From: a virus
Length of the DNA stretch: 64,000 bases
IMG/VR virus record: IMGVR_UViG_3300032294_001887
Coordinates: 10,768-74,767 of that record
Direction: 5' to 3' (one strand)
This document shows, piece by piece, positions 9,476-21,200 of the stretch. The notes below the pieces were generated by a model. It searched no databases. It saw only the letters and a program-made list of their open reading frames with translations, and was not told the origin of the DNA. How positions within the stretch are numbered: position 1 is the stretch's first letter; the number at the start of each line of letters is the position of its first letter. The translations under genes and the position numbers were made by a program.

Positions 9476-9964
9476 ATGGCTGATTTATTAATGAAAATGC
9501 CGATACCTTACGAACCGAAACGACAGAATCGTTTTATTTTAAGGTTTCCATCAAGCTTAGGAATAAATGAATGGTTCGTAGAAACTGCGGCAAGACCATC
9601 AATTAAAATTGGTTCAACTGAAATCCAATTTTTAAATACATCAACATTTGTTGCGGGTAGATTTAATTGGGACCCAATTTCGGTTAAATTCCGTGACCCG
9701 ATTGGTCCTTCAGCGGCTCAAGCACTTATGGAGTGGGTTCGTCTACATGCAGAATCTGTTACCGGTCGTATGGGTTATGCCGCGGGTTATAAAAAAGATA
9801 TCGACCTTGAAATGTTAGACCCAACAGGAGTTGTTGTTGAAAAATGGATATTATATGGAACTTTTTTAACTGATGTAAATTTTGGTCAATTAAGTTATAG
9901 TCAAGACGCATTAGCGGATATTACCGCACAACTTCGTATGGATAGATGTGTGTTAGTTTATTGA
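9476..9964 (+). CDS. tail tube protein (T4 gp19-like)
   Basis: YEPKRQNRF..AGRFNWDPISVKFRDPI..GYKKDIDLEMLDPTGVVVEKWILYGTF; 162 aa; follows sheath. Confidence 0.92.
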   Translation: MADLLMKMPIPYEPKRQNRFILRFPSSLGINEWFVETAARPSIKIGSTEIQFLNTSTFVAGRFNWDPISVKFRDPIGPSAAQALMEWVRLHAESVTGRMGYAAGYKKDIDLEMLDPTGVVVEKWILYGTFLTDVNFGQLSYSQDALADITAQLRMDRCVLVY

Positions 9965-10005
9965 TTTACATTTAACATTTACAATTATTTTTATTTAACT
10001 TATAT

Positions 10006-10043
10006 TTAACCGTAAAGCAATAAACTTTACGGTTAATTTTTTT
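10006..10043 (+). terminator. intrinsic terminator after tail tube
   Basis: TTAACCGTAAAG-caataaa-CTTTACGGTTAA followed by T7. Confidence 0.7.
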
Positions 10044-10047
10044 ATAT

Positions 10048-10791
10048 ATGGACACACAATCAAGAGACTACGGTCAAGAAAATTTTACATTACCACACGA
10101 CGTGGTGTTATTACCTTCACAGGGAATTTTTTACAAAAACAAAAAGAAATCATTAAAAATTGGTTATCTTACGGCATCTGACGAAAATATTATAATGGCA
10201 GGAGCAAATGATTTAACTCTCAATTTATTAAGAGCAAAAATATATGAACCCGATATTAAAGTTGAAGAACTTATTGAGGGTGATGTTGAGGCTATCCTAA
10301 TATTTTTGAGAAATACTGGGTTTGGACCTGAAATTACTCTAAATTTAACTGACCCTGTTACAAAAAAACCTTTTCAATCAAATGTATTGTTAGACCAGTT
10401 ACCTGTTATTAGTGGTCAAAAACCAAATGATGATGGAACTTTTGTGATTACTCTACCAAAAACGCAATCATCAATTAAATTAAAACCATTAAACTATGGA
10501 GAGATTATGGAGATTAGTAAATTGGCGGATTCATATCCTCAAGGTAGGGTTGTTCCAAAAATTACTTGGAGATTACAAAAAGAAATTGTTGAGGTTGATG
10601 GTTCTACCGATAAATCAGTTATTTCTAAGTTTGTTGAGTCCATGCCAATTGTGGATTCAAAACACATTAGAAAATTTATGAATGAAAATGAACCAAGATT
10701 AGATATGACTAAAACAATTATGGCCCCGTCCGGAGAAAAGCTAATAGTGAATGTTGGCTTTGGGGTGGACTTTTTTCGCCCTTTCTTCTGA
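10048..10791 (+). CDS. tail assembly chaperone / baseplate hub assembly protein (T4 gp26-like)
   Basis: VVLLPSQGIFY..LTASDENI..GDVEAILIFLR..C-terminal FGVDFFRP; lies between tube and tape measure. Confidence 0.75.
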   Translation: MDTQSRDYGQENFTLPHDVVLLPSQGIFYKNKKKSLKIGYLTASDENIIMAGANDLTLNLLRAKIYEPDIKVEELIEGDVEAILIFLRNTGFGPEITLNLTDPVTKKPFQSNVLLDQLPVISGQKPNDDGTFVITLPKTQSSIKLKPLNYGEIMEISKLADSYPQGRVVPKITWRLQKEIVEVDGSTDKSVISKFVESMPIVDSKHIRKFMNENEPRLDMTKTIMAPSGEKLIVNVGFGVDFFRPFF

Positions 10792-10930
10792 TTATAGGAA
10801 AAGTCAGATAGATGAATTTTACTATCTGAACACATTGATGAAGATTACTTATCAAGATTTTGAAAGAATGCCAATATTTGTTAGAAAATATTTATTGGAT
10901 AAATGGATAGAAGATAATAAGAAGGACTAA
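10751..10930 (+). CDS. chaperone extension ORF (gp51-/lambda gpT-like), probably reached by frameshift
   Basis: +1 frame overlapping end of 10048..10791: MLALGWTFFALSSDYRKSQIDEFYYLNTLMKITYQDFERMPIFVRKYLLDKWIEDNKKD; slippery TTT TTT C at 10771-10777. Confidence 0.65.
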   Translation: MLALGWTFFALSSDYRKSQIDEFYYLNTLMKITYQDFERMPIFVRKYLLDKWIEDNKKD

Positions 10931-10946
10931 TTTTTTAGTCCTTCTT
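10919..10946 (+). terminator. hairpin at end of chaperone extension ORF
   Basis: AAGAAGGACTAA-tttt-TTAGTCCTTCTT inverted repeat spanning the stop codon. Confidence 0.5.
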
Positions 10947-10974
10947 CTATTTATATATAAAGTTAAAATTAATT

Positions 10975-12822
10975 ATGGCAGATTATAATCCAGAAGACCA
11001 AGGTAGTTTTGACGAGGCTAAAAAAAGTTTAGAAGCTTTTAGTGACCTCGCTAACCAAACAGTACTTTCTATTTTTAAGATGTATGAGGGTGCTGATAAG
11101 ATTAACAACGCCTTTCTACAAGGAAGAACTCGTTTAGACGAGATGAGTGACGCTGTTGCAAAATCGGCAGCCGGTGTCCTTCGTTTGGGTGGGAATCTTG
11201 GTGATGTTAATACCACTATGATAGGTATTGCTGATGGTGCTAGAAGGAATGTAATTGCGACAGAAGACCAAGTTAGTAAGTTATATGCGGCATCTACAAT
11301 TCTCAATACTACCTCAAGTTCCTTAGTTGAAAATTTTGCGGAAGCGGGGTACGAGGTATCTCAAGTTGGAGTTAATTTACAGGATTCTATTCAGTATGTT
11401 CAAAGTGTCGGTCTTAACGCCAAAACAGTTGTAAAAGATGTTGCGAATAACATGGAGTTGATGAATAGATTCAACTTCAGTGACGGTGTTCAAGGATTGA
11501 CAAAAATGGCTGCTCAAGCTTCAATGTTGAGATTTGATATGCAAAACACTGCTAATTTCGCAGATAAAGTAATGAGTCCTGAGAAAGCAATTGAAGCGGC
11601 TGCCGGGTTCCAAAGACTAGGTGTTAATATTGGTAACTTGGTTGACCCATTTGCGTTAATGAATGACTCAATTAATAATCCTGGTGCATTACAAGATAGT
11701 ATTATTAAAGCCACAAAAAAATATACAGAGTTTGACGAAAAAACAAAATCATTTAAGATAAACCCACAAGGTATTTTGATGTTAAAAGAATTGTCGGATG
11801 TTACTGGAATTAGTGCAAGAGAACTTTCAAAAACCGCATTAGCTGCCGCCGATTTAGATAAAAGGTTATCGGCTATTAGTCCATCATTGAAATTTGAAAA
11901 AGAGGAAGACAGACAGTTGTTGGCTAATATGGCAACAAAGAAGGATGGTGAATATGTTATACAAATTAAAGATGACCAAGGGGCGATTGAATACAAAAAA
12001 CTTGGAGATATTACGGCAGATGAATTTAAAGAGTTAAGAAAAAAACAAGATGAGGCACCTAAAACACTTGAAGAAATTCAAATTAGTCAATTAGATTATT
12101 TAAAAGACTCAAGTTCATCATTAAGGTCAATACTTGCAAAAGGGACTTTTGGGGCTGCAGGGTCTGCATTCGTTAGGGGAAATTTTTTAGGCGCCGAAAG
12201 AATTAGTAGGGGATTTACGGGTTCACTTGATGAAAATATTCCTAAAAGTGCTGAAATAATAAAAGATATTAATAGTTCTATGGAGAAAATGAAGGAACTT
12301 TTTAATATAAAAGAACTTGGTAAAATAAGTGATGCTGACTTTGCAACTAAACTCTCAAAACTTGAAAGTGAAGTTAAAAGTAAAGTAAATACTCTTGGTG
12401 AAAAAGGTATTGAAAAGTTAATAAAAACTTTTGAAGATACTAATAAAAAAATTGATGGAACAAGTGGGATTGAAGAAAAATTTAAAAAATATAGTTCAGA
12501 TATGTTAGCCGAGATTGGAAGACCACAACAATCATCTAATAAAATTTCTGGTACTGTAACCAAATCACCAATATCAAGAAATAGTTTTTTAGGTCAACAA
12601 AATGTTAACCAAACATCCGCAACAGGTTCTTTTGTAAAAGAAATTAACCAAAATATTAAGGTTGAAATTGACTACAAAACCCCGACAGGTGGAGATAGTG
12701 AACAAAAAATGAAAGATTATTTTGACAAACAATTTAAACTAATGACTCAAACAGAAGAATTTAAAAGGATTAATTATGAATATCAGTTACAAATGAAAAA
12801 AGAACTTGGATTAAAAAGGTAA
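10975..12822 (+). CDS. tape measure protein
   Basis: 615 aa, Ala/Lys/Glu-rich helical composition, canonical position after tube and chaperone. Confidence 0.75.
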   Translation: MADYNPEDQGSFDEAKKSLEAFSDLANQTVLSIFKMYEGADKINNAFLQGRTRLDEMSDAVAKSAAGVLRLGGNLGDVNTTMIGIADGARRNVIATEDQVSKLYAASTILNTTSSSLVENFAEAGYEVSQVGVNLQDSIQYVQSVGLNAKTVVKDVANNMELMNRFNFSDGVQGLTKMAAQASMLRFDMQNTANFADKVMSPEKAIEAAAGFQRLGVNIGNLVDPFALMNDSINNPGALQDSIIKATKKYTEFDEKTKSFKINPQGILMLKELSDVTGISARELSKTALAAADLDKRLSAISPSLKFEKEEDRQLLANMATKKDGEYVIQIKDDQGAIEYKKLGDITADEFKELRKKQDEAPKTLEEIQISQLDYLKDSSSSLRSILAKGTFGAAGSAFVRGNFLGAERISRGFTGSLDENIPKSAEIIKDINSSMEKMKELFNIKELGKISDADFATKLSKLESEVKSKVNTLGEKGIEKLIKTFEDTNKKIDGTSGIEEKFKKYSSDMLAEIGRPQQSSNKISGTVTKSPISRNSFLGQQNVNQTSATGSFVKEINQNIKVEIDYKTPTGGDSEQKMKDYFDKQFKLMTQTEEFKRINYEYQLQMKKELGLKR

Positions 12823-12872
12823 TTTTTAAAAAAAAATAACATTAACCTATTTATAGGTAAAGAAAAAGATAG

Positions 12873-15800
12873 ATGGGTAGTCCCTTAGATTTTATTAGTA
12901 GTGAAGGTTTTAGGAAAAAACTTATATCGAGAAATTTAGTACCATATGCTAAATCTCCGACTAAAGTTACTCCTCCAACAACATACGAGATTGTTCAATC
13001 AGACCTAACACCCGTTGATAGTCCTGATTTTTTAATTGATACACCGTATTATGCGGATTTACTATACCCGTTAAATAAATGGGGTAATGATGGTGGTTAT
13101 GAACAAGTACCTGCCTTATCAACAAATTTAAACTCGGTATCAAATCAAGGGGAATATGGTCCTGGCCAACAAGACGCTAAATTATTAAATGATGCTCAAA
13201 TCGCCGCTAAACTCGGATTTCCGGGGATTGCGCCACCATGGCAACCATTAAATGCTTATGGTCCTAATAGTTTACAACAATTAGACGCGGGAGATTATAT
13301 AACAACACCTGACTCAATAAATAATGGTGTTACAGGTGGGATACCAAATTTGTATAATAATCAACCATACCCCACAACATTTAACGCATCATCATATTCC
13401 CCACTATCTATTCTTTTAAATCCAGACCCCCAAGGTAGTAATGGATTACTTAGTTCTGATTCATTTATTGCTCGATTGGGTGCTAAAACTCTAAAGAGAG
13501 AATTTGAAGAAAGAATTGGAAGAGCCATTATTAGAGAAACGGTAGGACGAGCTAATTTTTTAAATATTAATAGTAGTACTAATGTTGTTAATATACTAAC
13601 TGGCCGAGTTCCGTTAATTGAACCAAATTATCAGATTACAGTTCCTGCAAATCCAATAACAGCCGCTGCCGATTTTTCACTTAGATTGGCAGGAAGTTTA
13701 CTACCATTTTCATTAATACCCGGTTCATATTTTGACCCAAACATTAATCCTCCAAGACCTTCAACAATTGCTCAATCATTACTCGCTAATCCAATTGCCG
13801 CGGTAGGTAACTTTGTTTCTAATTTATTAGGTGCGGGAAAAACAGGGTCTCAAATATTCTACAACAATACAGGTGGAGGACAAAAGTCTATATTGTGGAA
13901 AAATATTAACTTTAACAAGTATAAACCAAATTATGATAGAACTTTACTTGATAGATTAGGGGGAGCTATCGTAGGTACCGAAACAAACAATGCTAATTTT
14001 TATGTTGGTTCAACAACATCAGACCCATCAAGAGTATTTTCTCCAAGTAGAGAGTTACCGGTTGATGCTTTTGGTAATGAACAACAATCACCAGTTTATG
14101 GACCTCAAGAATTGGCTCAATTATATGAAGGACCAAGCAAGGAAATTCGTTTAGGCGCTAACGGTCCGACATATAGTAATGGTGGTGGTATTGAAGGAGG
14201 GTTTACATGGGTTTCTCCAAAATATAAAGGAAACGCCGGTAAGAAAGTAGGTATTGGTGGTGAAATCATGGACCAAGATTCTGATTTTAAACCATCATCA
14301 TATAACACAACGGAATCAACCGAAAGAACATTTAGAGAAGGTTCAATTCTTGATGATACCCAAAGAATTATTAATAGTCAACCACAAGGGGGTAAAAGAC
14401 TACAACACGTTGGTAATGCAATTGACCAAGTTAGTAAAGTGTTTCATGATGGTTATAAAGAATTAACTAAAGGTTCAAGGGTTATTAGATATACTGGTTC
14501 AATTGGACAAGAAGTCGGGACTGAATATTGTAGAGTTTTTGCAAAAGATTTACCATACTTACAATACAATGATTTACAAAAAACAGATGGAATTGTTACT
14601 GAAGGTAGAAGATTTTCATATTCGGTATTAGATAAAACATATAATCTTAACATTGCCCCAAATAAACAAGAGGGAGGACAAGATTCAACAAACTTAATTG
14701 GTTCAACAAATAATGCGTACGCTAAAAAATATATGTTTTCTTTAGAAAATTTAGCGTGGAGGACATCTAACTCACCTGGATTTGCGGTGTCTGATTTACC
14801 GGTATGTGAGAGAGGACCTAATGGTGGTAGAGTTATGTGGTTTCCACCATATGGTTTAACTTTTAGTGAGAGTGTACAAGCTAATTGGCAACCAACCGAT
14901 TTTATAGGTAGACCCGAACCAATTTATACTTACAAAAATACTAGTAGAACAGGTAGTTTAACTTGGAAAATAGTTGTCGACCACCCATCAGTTTTAAATG
15001 TTATTGTTAATAAAGTTTTGGCGAACGAAACTAATAAAACTAGAATTGATAGTATTTTAGAATCATTTTTTGCGGGATGTAGAAAATATGATTTATATGA
15101 ATTGGCTAAGAAATATTATACAATACCACCAAATGATTTATTTCAAATACAACAAGCAATTAGCTCCAAAGAATTAACTAAAGAACAGTTGGAATATACT
15201 ATTTCAACAATAACCACGGCCCCACAAGTATCTAGTGATACGGGTACTGGTGGTTCTCCTGAGGTAACATTAAAAAAGTTTGAACAAGTTGGGTTTTATT
15301 TTGGCAATAATTTACCGCGAGAATTTAATGAAAATTTTGGTAATCTATATGGTCCATATGTTGGACAAAAAACTTACTATGAAGAACAATCAAAGGGAAC
15401 TGAAACTACCTCATTTTTTGATAATGTAATTACTCCAAATAAAGATACAATTGATGAATTAATTAATGAAATTAAAAAACAATTTATAAGTAATACTGAT
15501 GCGGAAGGTAATATAAACGGCACTATAACAATAACATTTAATGCTAGTACATCTGCCAAGGCCAGCCAATCTTCTAATAATATTTTGGCAGCAAAAAGAA
15601 TTAACTCCGCAATAATATACATTACAGGTGACACGAGAGTAAGACAATATGTTCAGAATCAAAAATTACTTATAAAAATTGATGAAACATTAGGTGAAAA
15701 TTCTCAAACACTTGCGTTTGATAAAACAACTAAAACTCTCACACCTAATACTCCGGTTTTTTGTGGTGATAGGGATGGAGATGGTCAAAATGAAAATAAC

Positions 15801-17897
15801 GAAATTTATACGACAAAGGCAATGGCATGTAGAAGAGCATATATTTCTAATATCAAGTCAACATTAAAGGCACCTCCTGCGGTATTACCACCAAAAACTA
15901 CAACAGTTGCAACTGGAAGGGTTGTAACAAAAACCGAGACGACACCCGTTATTGAACCTAAAATAGTAGAAAGAGATAATATTAGTAAACGAGTATTACG
16001 TGCGTTATTATCAGAGTGTGATTATTTTGAAACAATCAAAGAAGAGACTCCTATGGTTTACGATAATCTTAGAGATAAGTTAAAATTTTTCCAACCAGGG
16101 TTTCACTCAATGACTCCGGAAGGTCTTAATTCTAGATTAACGTTCTTACAACAATGTATGAGACCTGGAGACACAATACCAACAATTAAAACAGTTAATG
16201 GTACTCCTACACCTGATTATAGTAATGCTACAAACACCTCTTTTGGTGCTCCACCTGTATTAATACTAAGAGTGGGAGATTTCTATAATACTAAAATAAT
16301 TCCAACTAGTTTACAATTAACTTATGAGGAGTTAGATATAAATCCTGAAGGTATTGGTGTTCAACCTATGATTGCCAACGTAACTTTGGCATTTAACTTT
16401 GTTGGTGGTAGTGGATTAAAAGAATCTGTTGATAAATTACAAAACGCGTTAACATTCAATTATTATGCTAATACTGAAATATATGATGATAGGGCCGATT
16501 CAACAGATTTAAGTTATAAAGTAATTGATAATGAGTTTATAAAGGCGGCTCAAAGTAATGTTGCTCCACCAACTGTTAATCAAGCACAAGTAAATAACGG
16601 ACAAAGTAATGATAATACTGTAGGTAGTGTTACAAGTAATATTGTTAGTCAATCGGGTCAAACAGGAACTCTTAATTATAGTTCGTTCATGGATAAATTA
16701 GTTGAAGAAACTCAATCATATTTTACTAACGTTGTTAATAAGAATAGAGAATCACTTAATCAGTATAATAATGCTGTTCGTCAACAATGGATGTTAGAAA
16801 GAATTTATCAAAATGGTAAATTTGAATTAACTAAAGATTCGGATACCGTTTTATTCGGTAAACCATATAATTTGGAACAAAGGACTGATGACATATTTGC
16901 TCAATTGGTTAAAGATATTAAAAACGAAGACGAAGGATTTATCAAATATCTTATCGACTCAAAGACATTTACAAATCGTTTAGTTAAACAAGTCCAAGAG
17001 AATTATTCAAATTTTGTTAGAAATAAAAGAAGTTCATTCCAAAGTGCAATAACTAACATCACAAATGGTATTGTTACAACTCAACAAAATTACATAAGTA
17101 ATATTGGAAAAGTTAATACCATAACTTATAATGTTCCGGCATATCCTAATACAGGGACTGATGGGTATCAAACAAAAGATGGTAAAATTGTTTCATATAT
17201 CACATCAGGAACCACTGAAGTTGACTCAAACTCACAAGGTGTAACTAATACTTTAGATGAATTACAAAATGATATTTTAAAAATTAAGAGCGGTATTACC
17301 GATTTCAACAATGTTATTTGGACACCAACTGAATTTACATATTCGGCGGATAAACAAAAATATACGGGAATTTTAGTATTTGAACCAAATTATAAAATTC
17401 CTACTAATAATGTATTCAACCCTTTTAGTTTTAACACATTATTTGATAGTAAAAATGGGTATGTATTTAGAAGAGTATATATGATAGTATCAGACGATGT
17501 AACTGATACTAAAAAATATGAAACATTTAAAAATGCATTAATTGGTAATATACTTAGTAATACAGGATTAATAGGTACAAGTACTGGTGATATTAGTAAA
17601 TCATTTGATGAATATTGGATAACAACTGCAAAACCTGCATTTGTGGAAGAAAACAATATCACTAAAGAGTTTATTGATTATATGGAAAAAGAAAAATTAA
17701 AAAATTTCTTAAAATACACTCCATTTAATTTAAAGAAGAAAAGAACATTTACCTATGATACTGAAGGTGCTAACACTGACGCTCAACAAAAATTAATTAA
17801 AGGTTTAGGTTGGGTTGAAAACCAAAACACAAATAAAAAAACATGGAATGACGAAAGTCCTGCGAATGTATTTATATCAAAAGCAAAACTTAACTAA
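12873..17897 (+). CDS. giant baseplate / tube-initiator protein (gp48/gp54-like fold) with OmpA-like insertion
   Basis: WFPPYGLTFSE..FIGRPEPIYTYKNTSRTGSLTWKI and APPVLILRVGDFYNTKII..PMIANVTLAFNFVGG halves; follows tape measure, precedes LysM gene. Confidence 0.6.
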   Translation: MGSPLDFISSEGFRKKLISRNLVPYAKSPTKVTPPTTYEIVQSDLTPVDSPDFLIDTPYYADLLYPLNKWGNDGGYEQVPALSTNLNSVSNQGEYGPGQQDAKLLNDAQIAAKLGFPGIAPPWQPLNAYGPNSLQQLDAGDYITTPDSINNGVTGGIPNLYNNQPYPTTFNASSYSPLSILLNPDPQGSNGLLSSDSFIARLGAKTLKREFEERIGRAIIRETVGRANFLNINSSTNVVNILTGRVPLIEPNYQITVPANPITAAADFSLRLAGSLLPFSLIPGSYFDPNINPPRPSTIAQSLLANPIAAVGNFVSNLLGAGKTGSQIFYNNTGGGQKSILWKNINFNKYKPNYDRTLLDRLGGAIVGTETNNANFYVGSTTSDPSRVFSPSRELPVDAFGNEQQSPVYGPQELAQLYEGPSKEIRLGANGPTYSNGGGIEGGFTWVSPKYKGNAGKKVGIGGEIMDQDSDFKPSSYNTTESTERTFREGSILDDTQRIINSQPQGGKRLQHVGNAIDQVSKVFHDGYKELTKGSRVIRYTGSIGQEVGTEYCRVFAKDLPYLQYNDLQKTDGIVTEGRRFSYSVLDKTYNLNIAPNKQEGGQDSTNLIGSTNNAYAKKYMFSLENLAWRTSNSPGFAVSDLPVCERGPNGGRVMWFPPYGLTFSESVQANWQPTDFIGRPEPIYTYKNTSRTGSLTWKIVVDHPSVLNVIVNKVLANETNKTRIDSILESFFAGCRKYDLYELAKKYYTIPPNDLFQIQQAISSKELTKEQLEYTISTITTAPQVSSDTGTGGSPEVTLKKFEQVGFYFGNNLPREFNENFGNLYGPYVGQKTYYEEQSKGTETTSFFDNVITPNKDTIDELINEIKKQFISNTDAEGNINGTITITFNASTSAKASQSSNNILAAKRINSAIIYITGDTRVRQYVQNQKLLIKIDETLGENSQTLAFDKTTKTLTPNTPVFCGDRDGDGQNENNEIYTTKAMACRRAYISNIKSTLKAPPAVLPPKTTTVATGRVVTKTETTPVIEPKIVERDNISKRVLRALLSECDYFETIKEETPMVYDNLRDKLKFFQPGFHSMTPEGLNSRLTFLQQCMRPGDTIPTIKTVNGTPTPDYSNATNTSFGAPPVLILRVGDFYNTKIIPTSLQLTYEELDINPEGIGVQPMIANVTLAFNFVGGSGLKESVDKLQNALTFNYYANTEIYDDRADSTDLSYKVIDNEFIKAAQSNVAPPTVNQAQVNNGQSNDNTVGSVTSNIVSQSGQTGTLNYSSFMDKLVEETQSYFTNVVNKNRESLNQYNNAVRQQWMLERIYQNGKFELTKDSDTVLFGKPYNLEQRTDDIFAQLVKDIKNEDEGFIKYLIDSKTFTNRLVKQVQENYSNFVRNKRSSFQSAITNITNGIVTTQQNYISNIGKVNTITYNVPAYPNTGTDGYQTKDGKIVSYITSGTTEVDSNSQGVTNTLDELQNDILKIKSGITDFNNVIWTPTEFTYSADKQKYTGILVFEPNYKIPTNNVFNPFSFNTLFDSKNGYVFRRVYMIVSDDVTDTKKYETFKNALIGNILSNTGLIGTSTGDISKSFDEYWITTAKPAFVEENNITKEFIDYMEKEKLKNFLKYTPFNLKKKRTFTYDTEGANTDAQQKLIKGLGWVENQNTNKKTWNDESPANVFISKAKLN

Positions 17898-18220
17898 TGG
17901 CATATCAATATTGGAATCGATATAGTGACTTTTTAATTAACGGTGAACAAACTGTCGTACCTTTTGTACAAATACCTCAAAAGACGACAGATAAAACATT
18001 CATCTACAAAGTTGGTAGAAGTAGATTAGATGTCGTGTCTCAAGAGTTCTACGATTCACCATACTTTGGATGGTTAATTCTCCAAGCAAATCCTGAATTT
18101 GGTGGTTTGGAAAATTACATATATGATGGTGCAGTATTGATTATTCCGTATCCTCTATTACCTTCTTTACAAGACTATAAAACTTCATTAGACAATTATT
18201 TTTATTATTATGGCAGGTAA
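17897..18220 (+). CDS. LysM-like baseplate wedge protein (T4 gp53-like)
   Basis: YKVGRSRLDVVSQEFYDSPYFGWLILQANP..LIIP. Confidence 0.8.
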   Translation: MAYQYWNRYSDFLINGEQTVVPFVQIPQKTTDKTFIYKVGRSRLDVVSQEFYDSPYFGWLILQANPEFGGLENYIYDGAVLIIPYPLLPSLQDYKTSLDNYFYYYGR

Positions 18221-21200
18221 CTTGGTGGGGGATAATAGTGGTAATATTTTAGTAGAATTTGATTACAATAATATTATTGTTGTTGACCCTAATAAAACTA
18301 TTGACAATTTAAGGAATATTAGAGAAAGATTGGTTGACCATGAAAATTTGGTTATGTTTGCCAATCTTGAAGCGGAGGTTGTACCTAGAACCAAATTGTC
18401 TGTTGGAGGAAGCCCTGAAGATAGAAATAGGACCATATCTGTTGCTAAAATGAATTTTTTAAGACCAACCGAAGAAAAATTCTTAACTACTGGTTATTAT
18501 GATGAGTTAACAGGTAAAGACACTAAAAATGGTTTGGGGGTTAATCAGTTACAAGAACAAATTATTGACCCTAAAGATGGGACTAAACCATATTCAAAAA
18601 TGGTGGTTACCGACCCCGGAGGAACCGCAACTGATAATGGACTATTAGGTATTACCAGTATTAGTGTGAGGACAAACAGTTCATTTGTCCCAAGTGTTAG
18701 TATGACTCTTGAAGATATTCAAGGAAGGGCGTTGTTTCAACTTGGAGATAATTCACCATATTCCGCATTTTTTAACTTACCTTATTGTCCATTTTATTTA
18801 ACTTTAAAAGGTTATTATGGTCAAGCTATCAGATACCAATTAAATCTTAAAACATTTAATGCTAGATTTAATACTTTTAGTGGTAATTATCTAATTGAAT
18901 TAGAATTTGTGGGATACAAGTTTAATATTTTGAATGAAATATCAATGGGGAGTTTACTTGCGACTCCACACATGTATAGTAAAAGATTTAATATATCGAA
19001 GTCGCCGACATCGCCTGAAGGAGGTTCTAACAAAAATATTGAAGCTCAATCAAAAAGTAATGCAATTTCTAAAGAATCAACAATATCATCAGATAATGTT
19101 ACAACTGAATTAGTTACGGAAAAAGGATATCAAAAAATTATTGAAGTATATAGTGAATACAAAGCCAAAGGATTAATTAGTCCTGATTTTCCTGAACTTA
19201 CATTAACTCAGTTAATGAATAAACTTTTAACTTTTGAACAATCAGTTATTGACAGATACACTAAAGTTGATGTTGAACCTTTAACTAATATCAGAGCTTA
19301 TAATGAAACTTTGGTGAACTATTTTAATGAAATTTATGGAAATAAAGATTCGTGGTTTAATATATATATGAATCCAAATCCAATCATATTAAATGGTAGT
19401 GGTCAAGAAGTATACGTGTTTAAACAAGAATTTATTAATAATCCAACAAAAAAAGAAGAAGCTAAAACACTATTAAGTGGATATACTACAGAGTTTAATA
19501 AACTATTGGCGGATAACCCAACATTAGGGATATCAAGTCAAACACCTATTAAGAATAGTATTACTTACAATACTATGGTTAAAAATGTTATCTTTTCAGA
19601 AATAGATTTAGTAAAAACTACAACATCTCAAACCGGTGTATTACAACCGACAAGTGAGGATATTAAACGAATTAATGAATTACTAACAAGTGCGTTTACT
19701 CCATCGCTGGAAAAGGAAGCATCAAATTCTAAATTGGAAACTTCAGTAGGTAATGTTGTTAACCCCCCAATATTTTATTTCAGTGAATTTCAAACTTTAT
19801 TGTCTAAAATGGAAGCGGAATCTAATAAAAAATTATCTGAAGTTGAGACAATATTAACGGCTGGATTGGCTAAAAAAATACAAGAAAATATTGGATTTAG
19901 TCCAACAGTTCGAAACATTTCTGCGGTTATTATGGCATCGGCAGAAGCATTTATTAGACTTTTAGACGATGTACACACTAATGCTTGGAATGTAAAATAT
20001 GACCCAATAAGACAACTTGCTATATTAGACAATCCATCATCGGCACCTGGTACTGATACGGTAGATAATTTTAAGATATCTGAAACCGCTCAATCATCTA
20101 ATCAAGGATTAGTGAACGGTAAAATTCCCGTTTACCCATGGCCTCAATTTTTCGTGGAAACTCCTGACGATAAAAAAGGTAGATTTCAATTGAAATATCT
20201 TGCAGACCCATCTGTAGTTAATATAACTAAGGGGTATCTTTATGAAAAATGGCCTGAAGTTGAATTTGTTGAAGAATATATGAAAGGATTAACACAAAAA
20301 TTTAATCCTCCAATATCTCAACCACCAACAGACGCTCAAAACACTACAAATATAATTAACGTAAACGCGATTGAATATCCGTCTCAAGGTATTGCATACG
20401 TTAATAAAGAAGAAGTTAAGTTTTTTTATGAGATATGGGAAAGACAATTTTTAACTTCAAATTATTCGGGATTCATAAGAGGTAATAGTAATCAATTAAA
20501 TCAATTAACTAATTTAATTGTTAGTGCGGAAACAAATAATATTGTGACCGGATTAGGGGTTAGTTCTCCATTTTTAGCCCTAAAACTTAGAAATTATAAC
20601 TTAACTTCTCAAGATTATCCTTCATTCTTATCGAGCATTTCAAATCAAGGAACCGGGCGAGCCTACCAAGACTATATTCGAGATTTTTATGTCACACCAT
20701 ATATTAGAAATTTAACTTCAAATTCTTTTAATATTTTAAGTTTAACTGATTTGGGAAGAGAACCTCAAACAAGTACAAAGTCTCAAGGTCTTTTACAATT
20801 AGTTAATAATGCCCCTAATGAACCATTAGTTATTGATACATATCCATTTACAGACCCAACATGGGTATCGACAAATATGGCGAATAGTACAACCAACACT
20901 AAAAATTTTGTATATAATACGAATAGAGTGTTAACGGTGTTTGAAGATAGGGATGTTATTTCAAACTTCAATAGTGTTTACGATTATAGTAAAAATAGAC
21001 CAGTCACAAACTTTTCATATTTAAAGGTTTCTAATCCGACAAATCAAATAACCTCTATTGGTTTATCAGGATTTTATAACATAAGAAAAGACCCAACATT
21101 TTTTATTCCTACCGAAGGATTCGTAAATTACTTTTCACCAAGTAAGAACTTATCAGTCGAAACCACAACTTCAATGTTGAACACACCATATTTTATTAAT

